From contig JANNXV010000138.1 in assembly GCA_031409815.1 (NCBI GenBank), forward strand, positions 1 through 61,892: 61,892 bases of DNA, written 5' to 3'. The DNA is from Bacteroidota bacterium. Lineage in GTDB: Bacteria > Bacteroidota > Bacteroidia > AKYH767-A > OLB10. Position 1 is the stretch's first letter, and each line of letters opens with the position of its first letter. The notes beneath the pieces are model-generated. The model searched no databases. It was not told the DNA's origin and saw only the letters and a program-made list of their open reading frames with translations. The position numbers and the translations under genes were made by a program. Shown here piece by piece: positions 18,526 through 28,290 of the stretch.

Positions 18526-18606
18526 TTTCGCACGGAGGCCGCAGAGTACACGGAGAAAACAATATTGACTATCAATCTCTGTGAACTCCGTGCGCTCAGT
18601 GCGAAA
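18526..18606. repeat. GC-enriched imperfect palindromic intergenic element (REP/MITE-like)
   Basis: Left arm tttcgcacggag pairs with ctccgtgcg (18586..18594) and gtgcgaaa (18599..18606). An inner pair is cacggaga / tctctgtg. The central AT loop sits around 18561..18575. Confidence 0.6.
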
Positions 18607-18625
18607 CAAAAAAATGTAAAGGATT

Positions 18626-20413
18626 CTATTGAACGATTATTTTTCCTGAATAAAGTGTTTTATTATCCGACAATAAGCGAACTAAATAAACTCCGCTGTT
18701 TAATTCCTTACTTTCCAACAAAAATGAATCGCCACTTGTTTGCATTACTCTCACTAATTTTCCTTTTAAATCATACACCTGCAATTTGATTGACTGATGA
18801 TTGATGTTTTTAAAACTGATAAGGGTTTTATCATTAAAAGGATTTGGAGCACATTTAACATTTGTTATCAATTCATTCTCTTTTATGCCAACTGTTGTAA
18901 AGCAACTATTAAACAAAGCTTGCGCATCATCATCGGCTGCTTTTAATTTAATAACAGATGATATGGGACCGGCAGTATCGCGTGCCCACACTGCTGCAAT
19001 GGTCACGTAATCCACTTCACCGGGGTCGAGAGTGAATTTTCCAACAGATTGCAAATAACGCATATCATCGGGTGCAATAGCTGCTGAAACCATGTTCCAA
19101 TCATCGGTAAAATTAGGGTCTGTAGAACCACCTTGTAGATCACCCGGAAACATAAAACTGGATGGTGGTAGAGTTTGATCTGATCTTCCATCTCCACCAT
19201 GAACAATTAACAAACCATCTAACCATTGCCCAGCTAGGTATTGATAATAATCGTCTGTAACGCTTGGATTTCCATCGGGAGCACCGTTTAAATTTTTATA
19301 GTAAACAAACTTTGACATGATACATTGTTCTCCGGGTTCATCTGTTACACCATCCAAATCATTATCAATTCCATCTCCAATATCAGCCAACGGGCCTTGT
19401 AAAAAATCTGTTCCGATTGCCGGAGGATTTATTCCATAGCCTGCGGCACCATCATCATCAGAATCGCCATTGTAACAAAAACCTAAACCACGGCCAAGAT
19501 CACAACCCACATAATCATCCGAAGCGTTACCCAAATCAGGATCCACCCATTGACCCATTCGACAATCGTAAAGAGTATTGCTTGAACGATTGATGATTTG
19601 ATATTTATAAAATGTTGAATTATTAATATTTGTATTAGTTGAACTAAATGCGAATGCTTGAGCACGAATTTCCAAACCAATTGGATCACTATTGGTTTCA
19701 GTTTTGCTATTTCCAATATCGTTAAATACCCACCAAAAGTTTTGATCACCTAAGAGGTAATCATTACATCCTCCCGTTGCTACCGATGATGAAAAATTAT
19801 AAAGTGGGTAATCGCCTTGTGTGTAATCATAAATACCATCATTATTTGCATCAAAAAAAGGAGCCAAAAATGGCAACTCACCATTGGACACATTTCCATT
19901 GCCGGGCCAATTAATAATGTCAGCGGTTGGTGATCCACCTGCTATAAAATTCTGAACATCTGTTTTTGAAACACTCCAGAAACGATCGAACTGTAAACAA
20001 CGTGCAGCAGTAATAGATAACGAACTATTAGTAGGGTCTTTGCTGATTGGTCCGGGCCAGAAATCATTGGCACCTTGCTGCCGGTAAGTTTGCGCGGCTA
20101 CTTTAATAGCGTTTGACGCATCGTATCCACCAATCCAAATTGCTCCGGCATACAGACTATGTTTCCCTGAGTTGATGGGCACTTCATAAGTGTTCACTTG
20201 AAAAATTGGATTCCACCATAAATCACCTCCATTAAGCAGATGAGCTCGAACATTGTTCACTGCCAAATCAGCTTGTGCAGTTGAATTAGCGCAATTCGCA
20301 ACCTGTGGAGTCGGATTCAATAGTTTGTGAGATTTTCCTGTATTTTCTTTTGCACTAGTGGAAAATGAAAATGTACAGATAAAAATCAGTGTGAAATGTA
20401 GGTTTGTTTTCAT
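18626..20413 (-). CDS. secreted hypothetical protein with T9SS C-terminal sorting domain
   Basis: Signal peptide (FTLIFICTFSFSTSAKE), Asp-rich DNDLDGVTDEPGE calcium-binding-like loop, and a C-terminal CAPNPFNDKTLISF..GVYLVRL tail. Confidence 0.8.
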   Translation of the reverse strand: MKTNLHFTLIFICTFSFSTSAKENTGKSHKLLNPTPQVANCANSTAQADLAVNNVRAHLLNGGDLWWNPIFQVNTYEVPINSGKHSLYAGAIWIGGYDASNAIKVAAQTYRQQGANDFWPGPISKDPTNSSLSITAARCLQFDRFWSVSKTDVQNFIAGGSPTADIINWPGNGNVSNGELPFLAPFFDANNDGIYDYTQGDYPLYNFSSSVATGGCNDYLLGDQNFWWVFNDIGNSKTETNSDPIGLEIRAQAFAFSSTNTNINNSTFYKYQIINRSSNTLYDCRMGQWVDPDLGNASDDYVGCDLGRGLGFCYNGDSDDDGAAGYGINPPAIGTDFLQGPLADIGDGIDNDLDGVTDEPGEQCIMSKFVYYKNLNGAPDGNPSVTDDYYQYLAGQWLDGLLIVHGGDGRSDQTLPPSSFMFPGDLQGGSTDPNFTDDWNMVSAAIAPDDMRYLQSVGKFTLDPGEVDYVTIAAVWARDTAGPISSVIKLKAADDDAQALFNSCFTTVGIKENELITNVKCAPNPFNDKTLISFKNINHQSIKLQVYDLKGKLVRVMQTSGDSFLLESKELNSGVYLVRLLSDNKTLYSGKIIVQ

Positions 20414-20429
20414 GATTGTATTGTTTTGG

Positions 20430-20443
20430 TTGTAATATTACAA
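20430..20443. promoter_or_regulatory. perfect 14-bp palindrome TTGTAATATTACAA in divergent promoter region
   Basis: Self-complementary 14-mer, 17 nt upstream of the ATG at 20413 and 99 nt upstream of the ATG at 20542. Confidence 0.3.
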
Positions 20444-20541
20444 TCAATACTATTAAAAGTGCAAACAAAAATTTGGGATAACTATACAGGTCTGACCAGA
20501 ATTTACATTGGTGTGATAATGCTTTTCTTTGTGCTTCTCAA

Positions 20542-21462
20542 ATGAATAAAGATTCTATCAATATACAATTATCAAAGCATTTCACTGGTCACAAAAGTGG
20601 GGTGTATGCTTTGGAAACTAAATCTGGTACTGATATTTTCTGGTCAGGTAGCGGTGATAGAATAGTTGCACAGTGGAATGTAAATGAAACGGAAGATGGT
20701 GCAATGCTCGCAAAAAGCACCGGAATTATTTATGCCTTGCGTTATATTCCTGGAAACAATCATTTGCTCATTGGTCAGAGCAGTGGAGGCATTCATGTGA
20801 TCAATTTAGAAACAAATGCAGAAGAACGTTTGTTGCAATATCTTACTGCTCCAGTTTTTCATATTTCTTACAACCCAAAACATTTATTGATTTTTGCTTT
20901 AGGTGGTGATGGAACTTTAAATATTATTTCTTCGGAAGATTATCGTCTGATTAAAACAATAAAAATTGCAGATGGAAAAATGCGAAGCATGACTTTTCAT
21001 CCAACTAAAGATGCAAGTGCGATTACGTGTAACGATGGAAGTATCGTGATTTTATCATTGCCCGATTGTAAAATCATTCATCGTTTCCAGGCTCACACTA
21101 AAGGTTTTTCTGTTAATACAATTGTTTATTCACCCGATGGAAAATATTTATTAAGCGGATCGCGGGATGCGCATCTCAATATTTTTTCTGCCGATGATTA
21201 TTCGTCAATCAAATCAATCCCGGCTCACAACTATGCTATTTACGATATTGCTTTTCATCGTTCCCAAAAAATATTTGCCACTGCAAGCCGTGATAAAACC
21301 ATTAAACTTTGGGATGCAGAAACTTTTGAAGTAATTGCAAGATTAGACAAAGAACAATATGATGGCCATACACATTCAGTAAACCGGTTATTGTGGAAAG
21401 CGGATAATCTTGTAAGTACTGGTGATGATCGGTCAATTATTGTTTGGAATATTCTTAGATAA
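20542..21462 (+). CDS. WD40 repeat protein
   Basis: Repeated ..SGS.D..v..W. units: [46 protein letters not shown]. Confidence 0.85.
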   Translation: MNKDSINIQLSKHFTGHKSGVYALETKSGTDIFWSGSGDRIVAQWNVNETEDGAMLAKSTGIIYALRYIPGNNHLLIGQSSGGIHVINLETNAEERLLQYLTAPVFHISYNPKHLLIFALGGDGTLNIISSEDYRLIKTIKIADGKMRSMTFHPTKDASAITCNDGSIVILSLPDCKIIHRFQAHTKGFSVNTIVYSPDGKYLLSGSRDAHLNIFSADDYSSIKSIPAHNYAIYDIAFHRSQKIFATASRDKTIKLWDAETFEVIARLDKEQYDGHTHSVNRLLWKADNLVSTGDDRSIIVWNILR

Positions 21463-21485
21463 CTTTAAACTCCTACTTTTGTTTC

Positions 21486-22514
21486 ATGCGCGATGCACAT
21501 ATAAATCCTGGTGATGAAAATCTTTCTTCCGTTGAACGAGAGATAGAAAAAGTTTTACGTCCGCTTGATTTTGAAGATTTCACAGGTCAGCATAAAGTTG
21601 TTGAAAATTTGAAGGTTTTTGTTCAGGCGGCTAAGCAACGTGGAGAAGCACTCGATCATGTTTTATTACATGGACCTCCCGGTTTAGGAAAAACCACATT
21701 GGCAAATATTATTGCAAATGAGTTGAACAGTAAAATGAAAGTTACTTCAGGCCCTGTGCTTGATAAACCTGGTGACTTAGCTGGTTTGCTAACTAATTTA
21801 GAACCACATGATGTTTTGTTTATTGATGAAATACATCGCCTTAGTCCTGTTGTGGAAGAATATCTCTATTCTGCAATGGAAGATTACAAGATTGACATCA
21901 TGATTGAAAGCGGACCGAATGCGCGCAGTGTTCAAATCAAATTAAATCCGTTTACACTCATTGGTGCAACCACACGTTCCGGTTTGCTCACCTCTCCTTT
22001 GCGTGCAAGATTTGGTATCACATCGCGGCTGGAATATTACGATGCAAAATTGTTGCAGCTAATTGTTTTTCGTTCGGCTGATATTTTGAAAATTGAAATT
22101 TCGGACGAGGCCGCTTTTGAAATAGCACGCAGAAGTCGTGGCACACCACGTATAGCGAATGCATTGTTACGTAGGGTACGCGATTTTGCGCAGATAAAAG
22201 GAACCGGAAAAATTGATATGGACATTGCACAGTTTGCTTTGAGTGCTTTGAATGTAGATGTGCATGGATTGGATGAAATGGATAATCGGATTTTAACAGT
22301 GATCATTGATAAGTTCAAAGGTGGCCCTGTGGGCTTAACAACCATTGCAACAGCGGTTAGCGAGGAGGCTGGAACCATCGAAGAAGTGTATGAACCATTT
22401 TTGATTATGGAAGGTTTTTTGCAACGAACACCACGCGGACGCGAAGTAACTGAGAAAGCGTATAAACATCTTGGTAAGAGTGTCAAGCGCAGAACAGGTG
22501 AATTGTTTGATTAG
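21486..22514 (+). CDS. ruvB: Holliday junction branch migration DNA helicase
   Basis: Walker [10 protein letters not shown], Walker [10 protein letters not shown], the [16 protein letters not shown] sensor region, and a C-terminal winged helix. Confidence 0.97.
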   Translation: MRDAHINPGDENLSSVEREIEKVLRPLDFEDFTGQHKVVENLKVFVQAAKQRGEALDHVLLHGPPGLGKTTLANIIANELNSKMKVTSGPVLDKPGDLAGLLTNLEPHDVLFIDEIHRLSPVVEEYLYSAMEDYKIDIMIESGPNARSVQIKLNPFTLIGATTRSGLLTSPLRARFGITSRLEYYDAKLLQLIVFRSADILKIEISDEAAFEIARRSRGTPRIANALLRRVRDFAQIKGTGKIDMDIAQFALSALNVDVHGLDEMDNRILTVIIDKFKGGPVGLTTIATAVSEEAGTIEEVYEPFLIMEGFLQRTPRGREVTEKAYKHLGKSVKRRTGELFD

Positions 22515-22527
22515 GCCTCACCCCTGG

Positions 22528-22548
22528 CCCCTCTCCAAAGGAGAGGGG
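22528..22548 (+). terminator. GC-rich hairpin downstream of ruvB (possible terminator or repeat element)
   Basis: cccctctcc aaa ggagagggg forms a perfect 9-bp GC-rich stem 14 nt after the ruvB stop. There is no clear T-run, and it is embedded in a locally GC-rich 45-nt island (22515..22560). Confidence 0.45.
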
Positions 22549-22639
22549 AGTGGTGGCTGACAAAATAATCGCATCATAAATATAATACAATGTATTTTCT
22601 TCATCACATAATTACATAATTACTTCATCACTTTTTCCT

Positions 22640-23560
22640 ATGAAGCAATACACAACATTGATCAAGCAAGAAGCTCTTCGGCTTGGATTTATGCATTGTG
22701 GTATTTCCAAAGCCGATTTTTTGGAAGAAGAGGCTCCACGTTTAGAGCAATGGCTTACTCAGAACTATCATGGCAGGATGAGCTACATGGAAAACTGGTT
22801 TGATAAAAGATTAGATCCACGGCTATTGGTAGATGGTGCGAAATCGGTAATTTCTTTGCTACTTAATTATTATCCAGAAATCAATCAAAATCAGGAAGCA
22901 CCAAAAATTTCAAAATATGCCTATGGACGAGATTATCATTTTGTGATCAAAGAAAAGCTAAAAGCATTATCAGCATTTATTCGTGACGAAGTAGGAGAGG
23001 TGAACGGGCGTGCTTTTGTTGATTCAGCTCCGGTGTTAGATCGTGCGTGGGCTAAAAAAAGTGGCTTAGGATGGGTCGGAAAAAATTCAAATCTAATTCA
23101 TCCAAAAGCCGGTTCGTTTTTTTTTATTGCCGAATTAATAGTTGACTTAGATTTAGATTGTGACGCACCAATAAAAGATTACTGTGGAACTTGTACACGA
23201 TGTATGGATGCATGCCCCACTTCAGCAATTGTAGCCCCTCAAATTGTTGATGGGAGCAAGTGCATTTCTTATTTCACCATCGAATTAAAAGATAATATTC
23301 CAACAGACTATAAAAGCAAATTTGATAACTGGATGTTTGGTTGTGATGTTTGTCAAGATGTTTGTCCTTGGAATCGTTTCTCCAAACCACATAATGACAA
23401 TGCGCTAAAAGCAAACAATCAATTGCTCGATATGAATCAAAAGGACTGGGAAGAGATTACAGAAGAAGTATTTGAAAAAGTATTTAAAGATTCACCGCTT
23501 CAGCGCACAGGCTTTAACGGAATTAAAAAGAATCTCAAATTTATTTCACCACATGTCTGA
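22640..23560 (+). CDS. queG: tRNA epoxyqueuosine(34) reductase
   Basis: Two ferredoxin-type clusters, [12 protein letters not shown] and [11 protein letters not shown], plus the N-terminal QueG-type region and HEAT-like tail. Confidence 0.9.
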   Translation: MKQYTTLIKQEALRLGFMHCGISKADFLEEEAPRLEQWLTQNYHGRMSYMENWFDKRLDPRLLVDGAKSVISLLLNYYPEINQNQEAPKISKYAYGRDYHFVIKEKLKALSAFIRDEVGEVNGRAFVDSAPVLDRAWAKKSGLGWVGKNSNLIHPKAGSFFFIAELIVDLDLDCDAPIKDYCGTCTRCMDACPTSAIVAPQIVDGSKCISYFTIELKDNIPTDYKSKFDNWMFGCDVCQDVCPWNRFSKPHNDNALKANNQLLDMNQKDWEEITEEVFEKVFKDSPLQRTGFNGIKKNLKFISPHV

Positions 23561-23732
23561 AAGCCTGACTGATAACATCGCCATATCTATTTCCAAAAGT
23601 GGCAAGGCACCAAATCATTAACATCTTTCGTTCATCATACTTTAACCACTTTATTGCTTTTCTTAATTCTTTTTTAAAAAGGGTCCTGTCGAAGCTCACT
23701 TTGGTGAGGATTTCTTTGGAGTATTCAAACAT
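23541..23732 (-). CDS. small conserved hypothetical protein
   Basis: 64 aa from [30 protein letters not shown]. The track ORF extends to 23813. The 3' end overlaps the queG 3' end by 20 nt (convergent). Confidence 0.45.
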   Translation of the reverse strand: MFEYSKEILTKVSFDRTLFKKELRKAIKWLKYDERKMLMIWCLATFGNRYGDVISQAFRHVVK

Positions 23733-23832
23733 ATGCTGAACTGATTTATATGAATAACGCAAATATAAGCAGCTTGTTATGCTACTACAATACCGAAATG
23801 TAAAATCTTGCACAAAAATTTGTGCATAAATA

Positions 23833-24399
23833 TTAACTCTCGCTCCATCTGTAAGTTACGTTTTCAAAACCGGCTAAATCTAGCACTCTATCAACAACTG
23901 TGGCAGCAAGCTCATCAAAGTTAGCCGGCTTGCTATAAAATGAAGGTGATGCAGGCATAATCACTCCCCCAGCCTCTGTAATAGCTTTCATATTATTGAT
24001 ATGGATAAGACTAAGTGGAGTGTCACGAGTTACTAAAATCAATTTTCTGCGTTCTTTTAAAATTACGTCTGCTGAACGTGATAACAGGTCGGATGAAGTG
24101 CCGTTGGCAATGCGAGCTAAAGTACCCATTGAACAGGGGCAGACTATCATGGTTCCGTATTTTGCAGAGCCACTTGCAAATGGAGCCATAAAATTATTTT
24201 TATCAAACACATTGAAAGGTAGTTTTTCAAAATCTTTGTTACCCAATTCATACTCCCAAACTGTGCGGGCATTATCAGATAAAATAACTCCTACAGTTTC
24301 AATCTGACCCGTTAATTTAACCAGTTTCTCAAGCAGGACTTTAGCATAAATGGCTCCACTTGCACCTGTAATGGCAACTATTACTTTATGTTTATTCAT
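23833..24399 (-). CDS. ubiX: UbiX family flavin prenyltransferase
   Basis: VAITGASGAIYA, CPCSMGTLARIANG and VTRDTPL blocks. The ATG at 24399 overlaps the upstream stop by 8 nt; the track start at 24420 is TTG. Confidence 0.9.
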   Translation of the reverse strand: MNKHKVIVAITGASGAIYAKVLLEKLVKLTGQIETVGVILSDNARTVWEYELGNKDFEKLPFNVFDKNNFMAPFASGSAKYGTMIVCPCSMGTLARIANGTSSDLLSRSADVILKERRKLILVTRDTPLSLIHINNMKAITEAGGVIMPASPSFYSKPANFDELAATVVDRVLDLAGFENVTYRWSES

Positions 24400-25018
24400 T
24401 ACTTCCTGTTTTTTTTCCAAACCGGTAAAACAACGTAAAATAAAGTACTGAATTATATTGACCTTTATTTAACCTATCCGTTGAGCCACCTTTGTGTTCC
24501 CTAATGGGGACCACTGATTGCGACCCTCTGAAATTCATTCCCCAATTATCTGTAAAATGGTAAACTAATCCCCCCCAAATACTGATATCGAACTTTGAAA
24601 ACGAAGGCTGACCTATTAATTCGCCATCTTGATTTTCCTCAGAAAAACTAATGAGCGTACCAATTGATGGCCCAAGTTCAATACTCAATTTCTTATTAAT
24701 CCGGTATCGGAGAATCAATGGAATTTCTAAATAGTTTAATCGTAACCGGTAGTATTCGTAATCTTCTTTTTCAATATTAGTTTGTTTTAAACTTCCCTTC
24801 TGAATGTAATAAATTTCGAAACCCAACTCGGTTTTTTTTGAAAGCGCTATATCAACTCCTGCTCCTCCAATTAAACCCGCTTTATTAAAGCCTGCTAATT
24901 GATCGCCACTAACTTGTGAAGTAGCAACACCAGCTAGAATATGAGCGTGAAAATTTTGTGCGTGGGTGATATTCAGGCAGCTTAAAAAAAACAGCAGTGA
25001 AATAGCTCTCGTAATCAT
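24392..25018 (-). CDS. small outer-membrane beta-barrel protein (porin family)
   Basis: Signal peptide (LLFFLSCLNITHAQ) and alternating hydrophobic strand pattern with an aromatic-rich C-terminus (..LFYRF..). Confidence 0.7.
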   Translation of the reverse strand: MITRAISLLFFLSCLNITHAQNFHAHILAGVATSQVSGDQLAGFNKAGLIGGAGVDIALSKKTELGFEIYYIQKGSLKQTNIEKEDYEYYRLRLNYLEIPLILRYRINKKLSIELGPSIGTLISFSEENQDGELIGQPSFSKFDISIWGGLVYHFTDNWGMNFRGSQSVVPIREHKGGSTDRLNKGQYNSVLYFTLFYRFGKKTGSNE

Positions 25019-25034
25019 TATTTAATTGTATAAA

Positions 25035-25066
25035 AAAATCACGCAAGATTTTTTTTGCGTGATTTT
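25035..25066 (-). terminator. rho-independent terminator
   Basis: 12-bp stem aaaatcacgcaa / ttgcgtgatttt with A/T runs, 20 nt downstream of the stop at 25086. Confidence 0.75.
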
Positions 25067-25085
25067 ATTTAGAAAGTAATAGTTG

Positions 25086-25955
25086 TTATGGTAACAATTT
25101 CTTCTCTGCTACCTGAACAACAACCTGAGTATTTGAGTTGTAAAGTATAGCCACAACTGATACATGTTCGGGCACAACATCTGCTTGTATAGCACTACCG
25201 GTGTATGTTCTGTTTATTATTTGTCCGTTGCCAAATGAAGTGCCAAGCATTTCGCCCCAGCTTCCGTTTAATGAACCACGCAATGCATGTCGGTGCACAT
25301 AACTCTGTACATTTTGTGTCCCGTTTTTCTGCCAATTAACAATACTGTCCTCGGTATAAACAACCACCAACGAAAGGGAGTCTTGCAAACTTTCTAATAG
25401 CGTGGTTTTTACTGATGTTTTAATTGTTCGGGCTAAACTATCAAAGGTATTGGTTAGGGATAATCTTGCTGAAGGTTTCTTAGTAATAAGTGGAGCAATG
25501 TTTGTGCTCCAGGCACTATATGAAGTAGCGTAATTGCCTGCAGTATTCCTTTTTCTGTGTACTACTCCTGTTGGGAACGGCTGATTGCTTGGTAAAAAGA
25601 ATCCGAAAATAGCATTTCCCGTTGGCGTTCTGAAATCATAGCTATAGGAACCATTAGTATTGTTTTGCGTTTGCGCATAAAATCCGGCATGGATCGCTAT
25701 TAATACTAATTGCTCGCCATACAAATTATGTAATGCCTGAGCTTCCTGATGCGCTGCCGGACAATTTAAGCAAGTATGACCAGTATATTCTTCCAACAAT
25801 ACTCTTTGCAAAGTATCACTGGCATCATTACCTGTGGTATCTGTACTAGTGGTATCAATCACTCCACCACCTCCGGTACCATATGGTGAATCAATCTTAT
25901 CGCAACTTTGTAAAATGGCTACAAATGCAACTGCAACAAATAAAATCTTTTTCAT
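25086..25955 (-). CDS. Omp28-related lipoprotein with thioredoxin-like CxxC (CLNC)
   Basis: Lipobox (AILQSCDK). The VLLEEYTGHTCLNCPAAH module is shared with the two larger paralogs upstream. It has no T9SS tail. Confidence 0.7.
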   Translation of the reverse strand: MKKILFVAVAFVAILQSCDKIDSPYGTGGGGVIDTTSTDTTGNDASDTLQRVLLEEYTGHTCLNCPAAHQEAQALHNLYGEQLVLIAIHAGFYAQTQNNTNGSYSYDFRTPTGNAIFGFFLPSNQPFPTGVVHRKRNTAGNYATSYSAWSTNIAPLITKKPSARLSLTNTFDSLARTIKTSVKTTLLESLQDSLSLVVVYTEDSIVNWQKNGTQNVQSYVHRHALRGSLNGSWGEMLGTSFGNGQIINRTYTGSAIQADVVPEHVSVVAILYNSNTQVVVQVAEKKLLP

Positions 25956-25986
25956 TCTAATGATTATTTATAGTTAAACAAAGGTA

Positions 25987-27621
25987 CTAAAACCTACTCG
26001 TAATATTAATACCTAAACCGTTTGAAGCAGGTACAAATCTGCAAACACCACCTACGCATAGCAAACCGGCACGTTGCCTTACATAACCTAAGCTGATGCG
26101 TGTAGCACTTCTTGTATATCCCATTGTTGCGTTATAAAAATGTGTCCGTTCATCAGGATTATCACTTCCATAATTATACTCGTCAAATACGGTAAACGCC
26201 CAATTTGGTGATATGGTATATTCCAACAACATCATAGCCCAATTTTTACGGTCCTGGTGGGTGGATAAATGTTGTATCTCCATGCGAATACTGTTTTTAG
26301 AATTAAACTTATAGGTAACATCTAAAATGGCTATGCTTGCGTGCACAATTCCAAAGCCTATTTCGCCTTCAACAACATCTTTATTATAAGCTTGATAAAC
26401 ATATGTTCCAATCAGTTTCACTTTTTTACTTATTTTTTTATTGATTTCCAAACTTAAGTCCTGATAATAAAGCGGACTACCAATTTTAAAATAATTACTT
26501 TCATATCCTAAAGTGTCGTTGCTGGCTGCTACTGTATCTATATTATTTACCCCACTTACCCCAAGGCTGATCTTAGTACCATATTTACCTCCCAGGGGTG
26601 TTTTAGCTGCAAAATTATAGAACACTTCTGCGGCTGCAGCCATCTCTCCATTGGGTTGTGTTGTGTAAGGGTATAGGGTAAGTAATCTATAACTATATTG
26701 CTTGCTAATAGCTGGCAAATAGTTGATCATTAAACTATTTAAAGTTGCATTTCTATCCGATCTGAAATTCATATTGTCAATCCGCTTTCCGGTTATTGTT
26801 GTTCCAAAACCTTTGGTTGTATAAGCCATGTTGAGATATATAGCTTCACCGGGTTTGTAAATAAAACCATTGGCTACAGAAGGATCATTGATTTTGTAAG
26901 CATATTCAGCACTTAAACTGAATTTGCCAGTGTTTAAGTTTAATCGCGCAGCTGATGCACCAACATTTTCAGGCAGGTTGCGCAATTGATCATTGTCTTT
27001 CTGATACTTGCTTACAAAGCTTCCTCCAATACCAATTCTTATTCTGGAATCCTTTAATGACAAGAACAATTCATTTAACTGCACATCTCCATCAATACCG
27101 CGAACTAATCCTTCGCCAAGGCTAAAAAAATCTCGCTGTCGACCTACAACTCCTTTGATATAAATACCTTCAATCGGTTTTACACCTACACGAATGCCAT
27201 CCATTGAATTATCAATTCCGAGTGCTCTTTCTTCATAACATCTAAAAATTAATCCATTGCCAAATTGATCGTAAAAATTTCCGGCAGTAATATCTATTCT
27301 GTCGTTTGTAAATTGGGCAAACCGATAGGTAATGCCGCTCCCTCTATATCGCTCATCAAATCCTAAAAGTGGTCCCAGGTATTCTTCATACCTTAAGCCG
27401 ACTTTAAAATTTCCGTTTACATAATTTAAATTTAAAAATGCATTATTCAAAAACTTTTCAGGAACTTCAGGTGCACCTATAGCGGAGTCAGTTCTATAAA
27501 ACTGGCCAACTACTTCAAAGTTGCCCGAAATGTTAGAAAGCACCGGAGTCTGAGCACGTGTAGTATTATTTAATAAAATCAATATTAATAACGCAGCAAA
27601 AACTTTATAGCTATGCTTCAT
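25987..27621 (-). CDS. large predicted outer-membrane beta-barrel (DUF6029-like)
   Basis: Signal peptide, 544 aa of amphipathic Gly/Tyr-rich strand pattern, and a terminal ..GINITSRF (C-terminal Phe). The family name is recalled, not verified. Only 31 nt separate it from the downstream gene. Confidence 0.6.
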   Translation of the reverse strand: MKHSYKVFAALLILILLNNTTRAQTPVLSNISGNFEVVGQFYRTDSAIGAPEVPEKFLNNAFLNLNYVNGNFKVGLRYEEYLGPLLGFDERYRGSGITYRFAQFTNDRIDITAGNFYDQFGNGLIFRCYEERALGIDNSMDGIRVGVKPIEGIYIKGVVGRQRDFFSLGEGLVRGIDGDVQLNELFLSLKDSRIRIGIGGSFVSKYQKDNDQLRNLPENVGASAARLNLNTGKFSLSAEYAYKINDPSVANGFIYKPGEAIYLNMAYTTKGFGTTITGKRIDNMNFRSDRNATLNSLMINYLPAISKQYSYRLLTLYPYTTQPNGEMAAAAEVFYNFAAKTPLGGKYGTKISLGVSGVNNIDTVAASNDTLGYESNYFKIGSPLYYQDLSLEINKKISKKVKLIGTYVYQAYNKDVVEGEIGFGIVHASIAILDVTYKFNSKNSIRMEIQHLSTHQDRKNWAMMLLEYTISPNWAFTVFDEYNYGSDNPDERTHFYNATMGYTRSATRISLGYVRQRAGLLCVGGVCRFVPASNGLGINITSRF

Positions 27622-27654
27622 ATTTGGTGGGGGTTTTTAAGATGTGGAGCAAAA

Positions 27655-27686
27655 GTAAAAAGGGAGATGTAAAATCTCCCTTTTTT
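27655..27686 (-). terminator. rho-independent terminator
   Basis: gggagat / atctccc stem with a 5-nt loop, flanked by an A-run and a T-run, downstream of the TlpA gene. Confidence 0.65.
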
Positions 27687-27710
27687 ATTAAATATTATTA
27701 AAAACGACAA

Positions 27711-28214
27711 TTACTTCGATGAAGAAATCTTTACAATCTCCTCGTAAAGTTTTTCTTCATCGCCAGGAGCAAAAGTATTTTGCTGTGACACAATCTTACC
27801 ATTGCCATCAATTAGGAATGTATGAGGAACATTATTCACGTTCATAGCTCTGCGAAAGTCACTGTTTGTATCAATATACACATCATACTCCCAACCTTTA
27901 CCACTCACAAAGGGAGCAACTGTGGTCATTGTTCTTGCATCATCAATTGATATTGCAACTAATTTAACTCCTGTTTCTGCCTGCCAGTCAGCGTAATTTT
28001 CTGAAATTGCATTGAGTTCGGTAATACAAGGCTTACACCAGGTTGCCCAAAAATCTATAATCATGGGTTTGCCATTGTTGTTTAATTGCGAAGTATTAAA
28101 AACTTTGCCTTCTAAGGTTTTGATGTTTACTGATGGGATATCGCTTTTCTTTTCCTGTGCAGTTGCAACTTGAACGATTAAGAGACACAAAACGGATAGT
28201 AGTGTTTTTTTCAT
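27711..28214 (-). CDS. TlpA family periplasmic thiol:disulfide oxidoreductase
   Basis: Signal peptide plus the thioredoxin fold motif DFWATWCKPC; 167 aa. Confidence 0.9.
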   Translation of the reverse strand: MKKTLLSVLCLLIVQVATAQEKKSDIPSVNIKTLEGKVFNTSQLNNNGKPMIIDFWATWCKPCITELNAISENYADWQAETGVKLVAISIDDARTMTTVAPFVSGKGWEYDVYIDTNSDFRRAMNVNNVPHTFLIDGNGKIVSQQNTFAPGDEEKLYEEIVKISSSK

Positions 28215-28234
28215 TTTTGATTAATTTAATTTAT

Positions 28235-28269
28235 CAAAAAAGGACTTGACAAAAGTCAAGCCCTTTTTT
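28235..28269 (-). terminator. rho-independent terminator
   Basis: ggacttgac aaaa gtcaagccc hairpin between an A-run and a T-run. Its core is shared with the hairpin at 30281..30307. Confidence 0.7.
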
Positions 28270-28290
28270 GTATGGTAGATGAATTTAAAA

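Noticed and set aside
18499-18789. 96-aa plus-strand ORF (MKNRIGEKTFRTEAAEYTEK..LCELRALSAK..)
   Set aside because: Its first half is a read-through of the palindromic intergenic element, and its second half is antisense to the T9SS tail of 18626..20413. It has no start context or protein-like features.
22018-22486. 149-aa and 70-aa minus-strand ORFs within ruvB
   Set aside because: They are antisense to an unambiguous ruvB, with no recognisable motifs. They are a typical long antisense frame in a conserved gene.
22608-22622. 15-mer ATAATTACATAATTA, shared with 32373..32387, upstream of queG and of the 32464 gene
   Set aside because: In DNA this AT-rich, my rough estimate is that several exact 15-mer coincidences are expected in 62 kb. 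There is no palindromic structure or further copies, so I treat it as chance.
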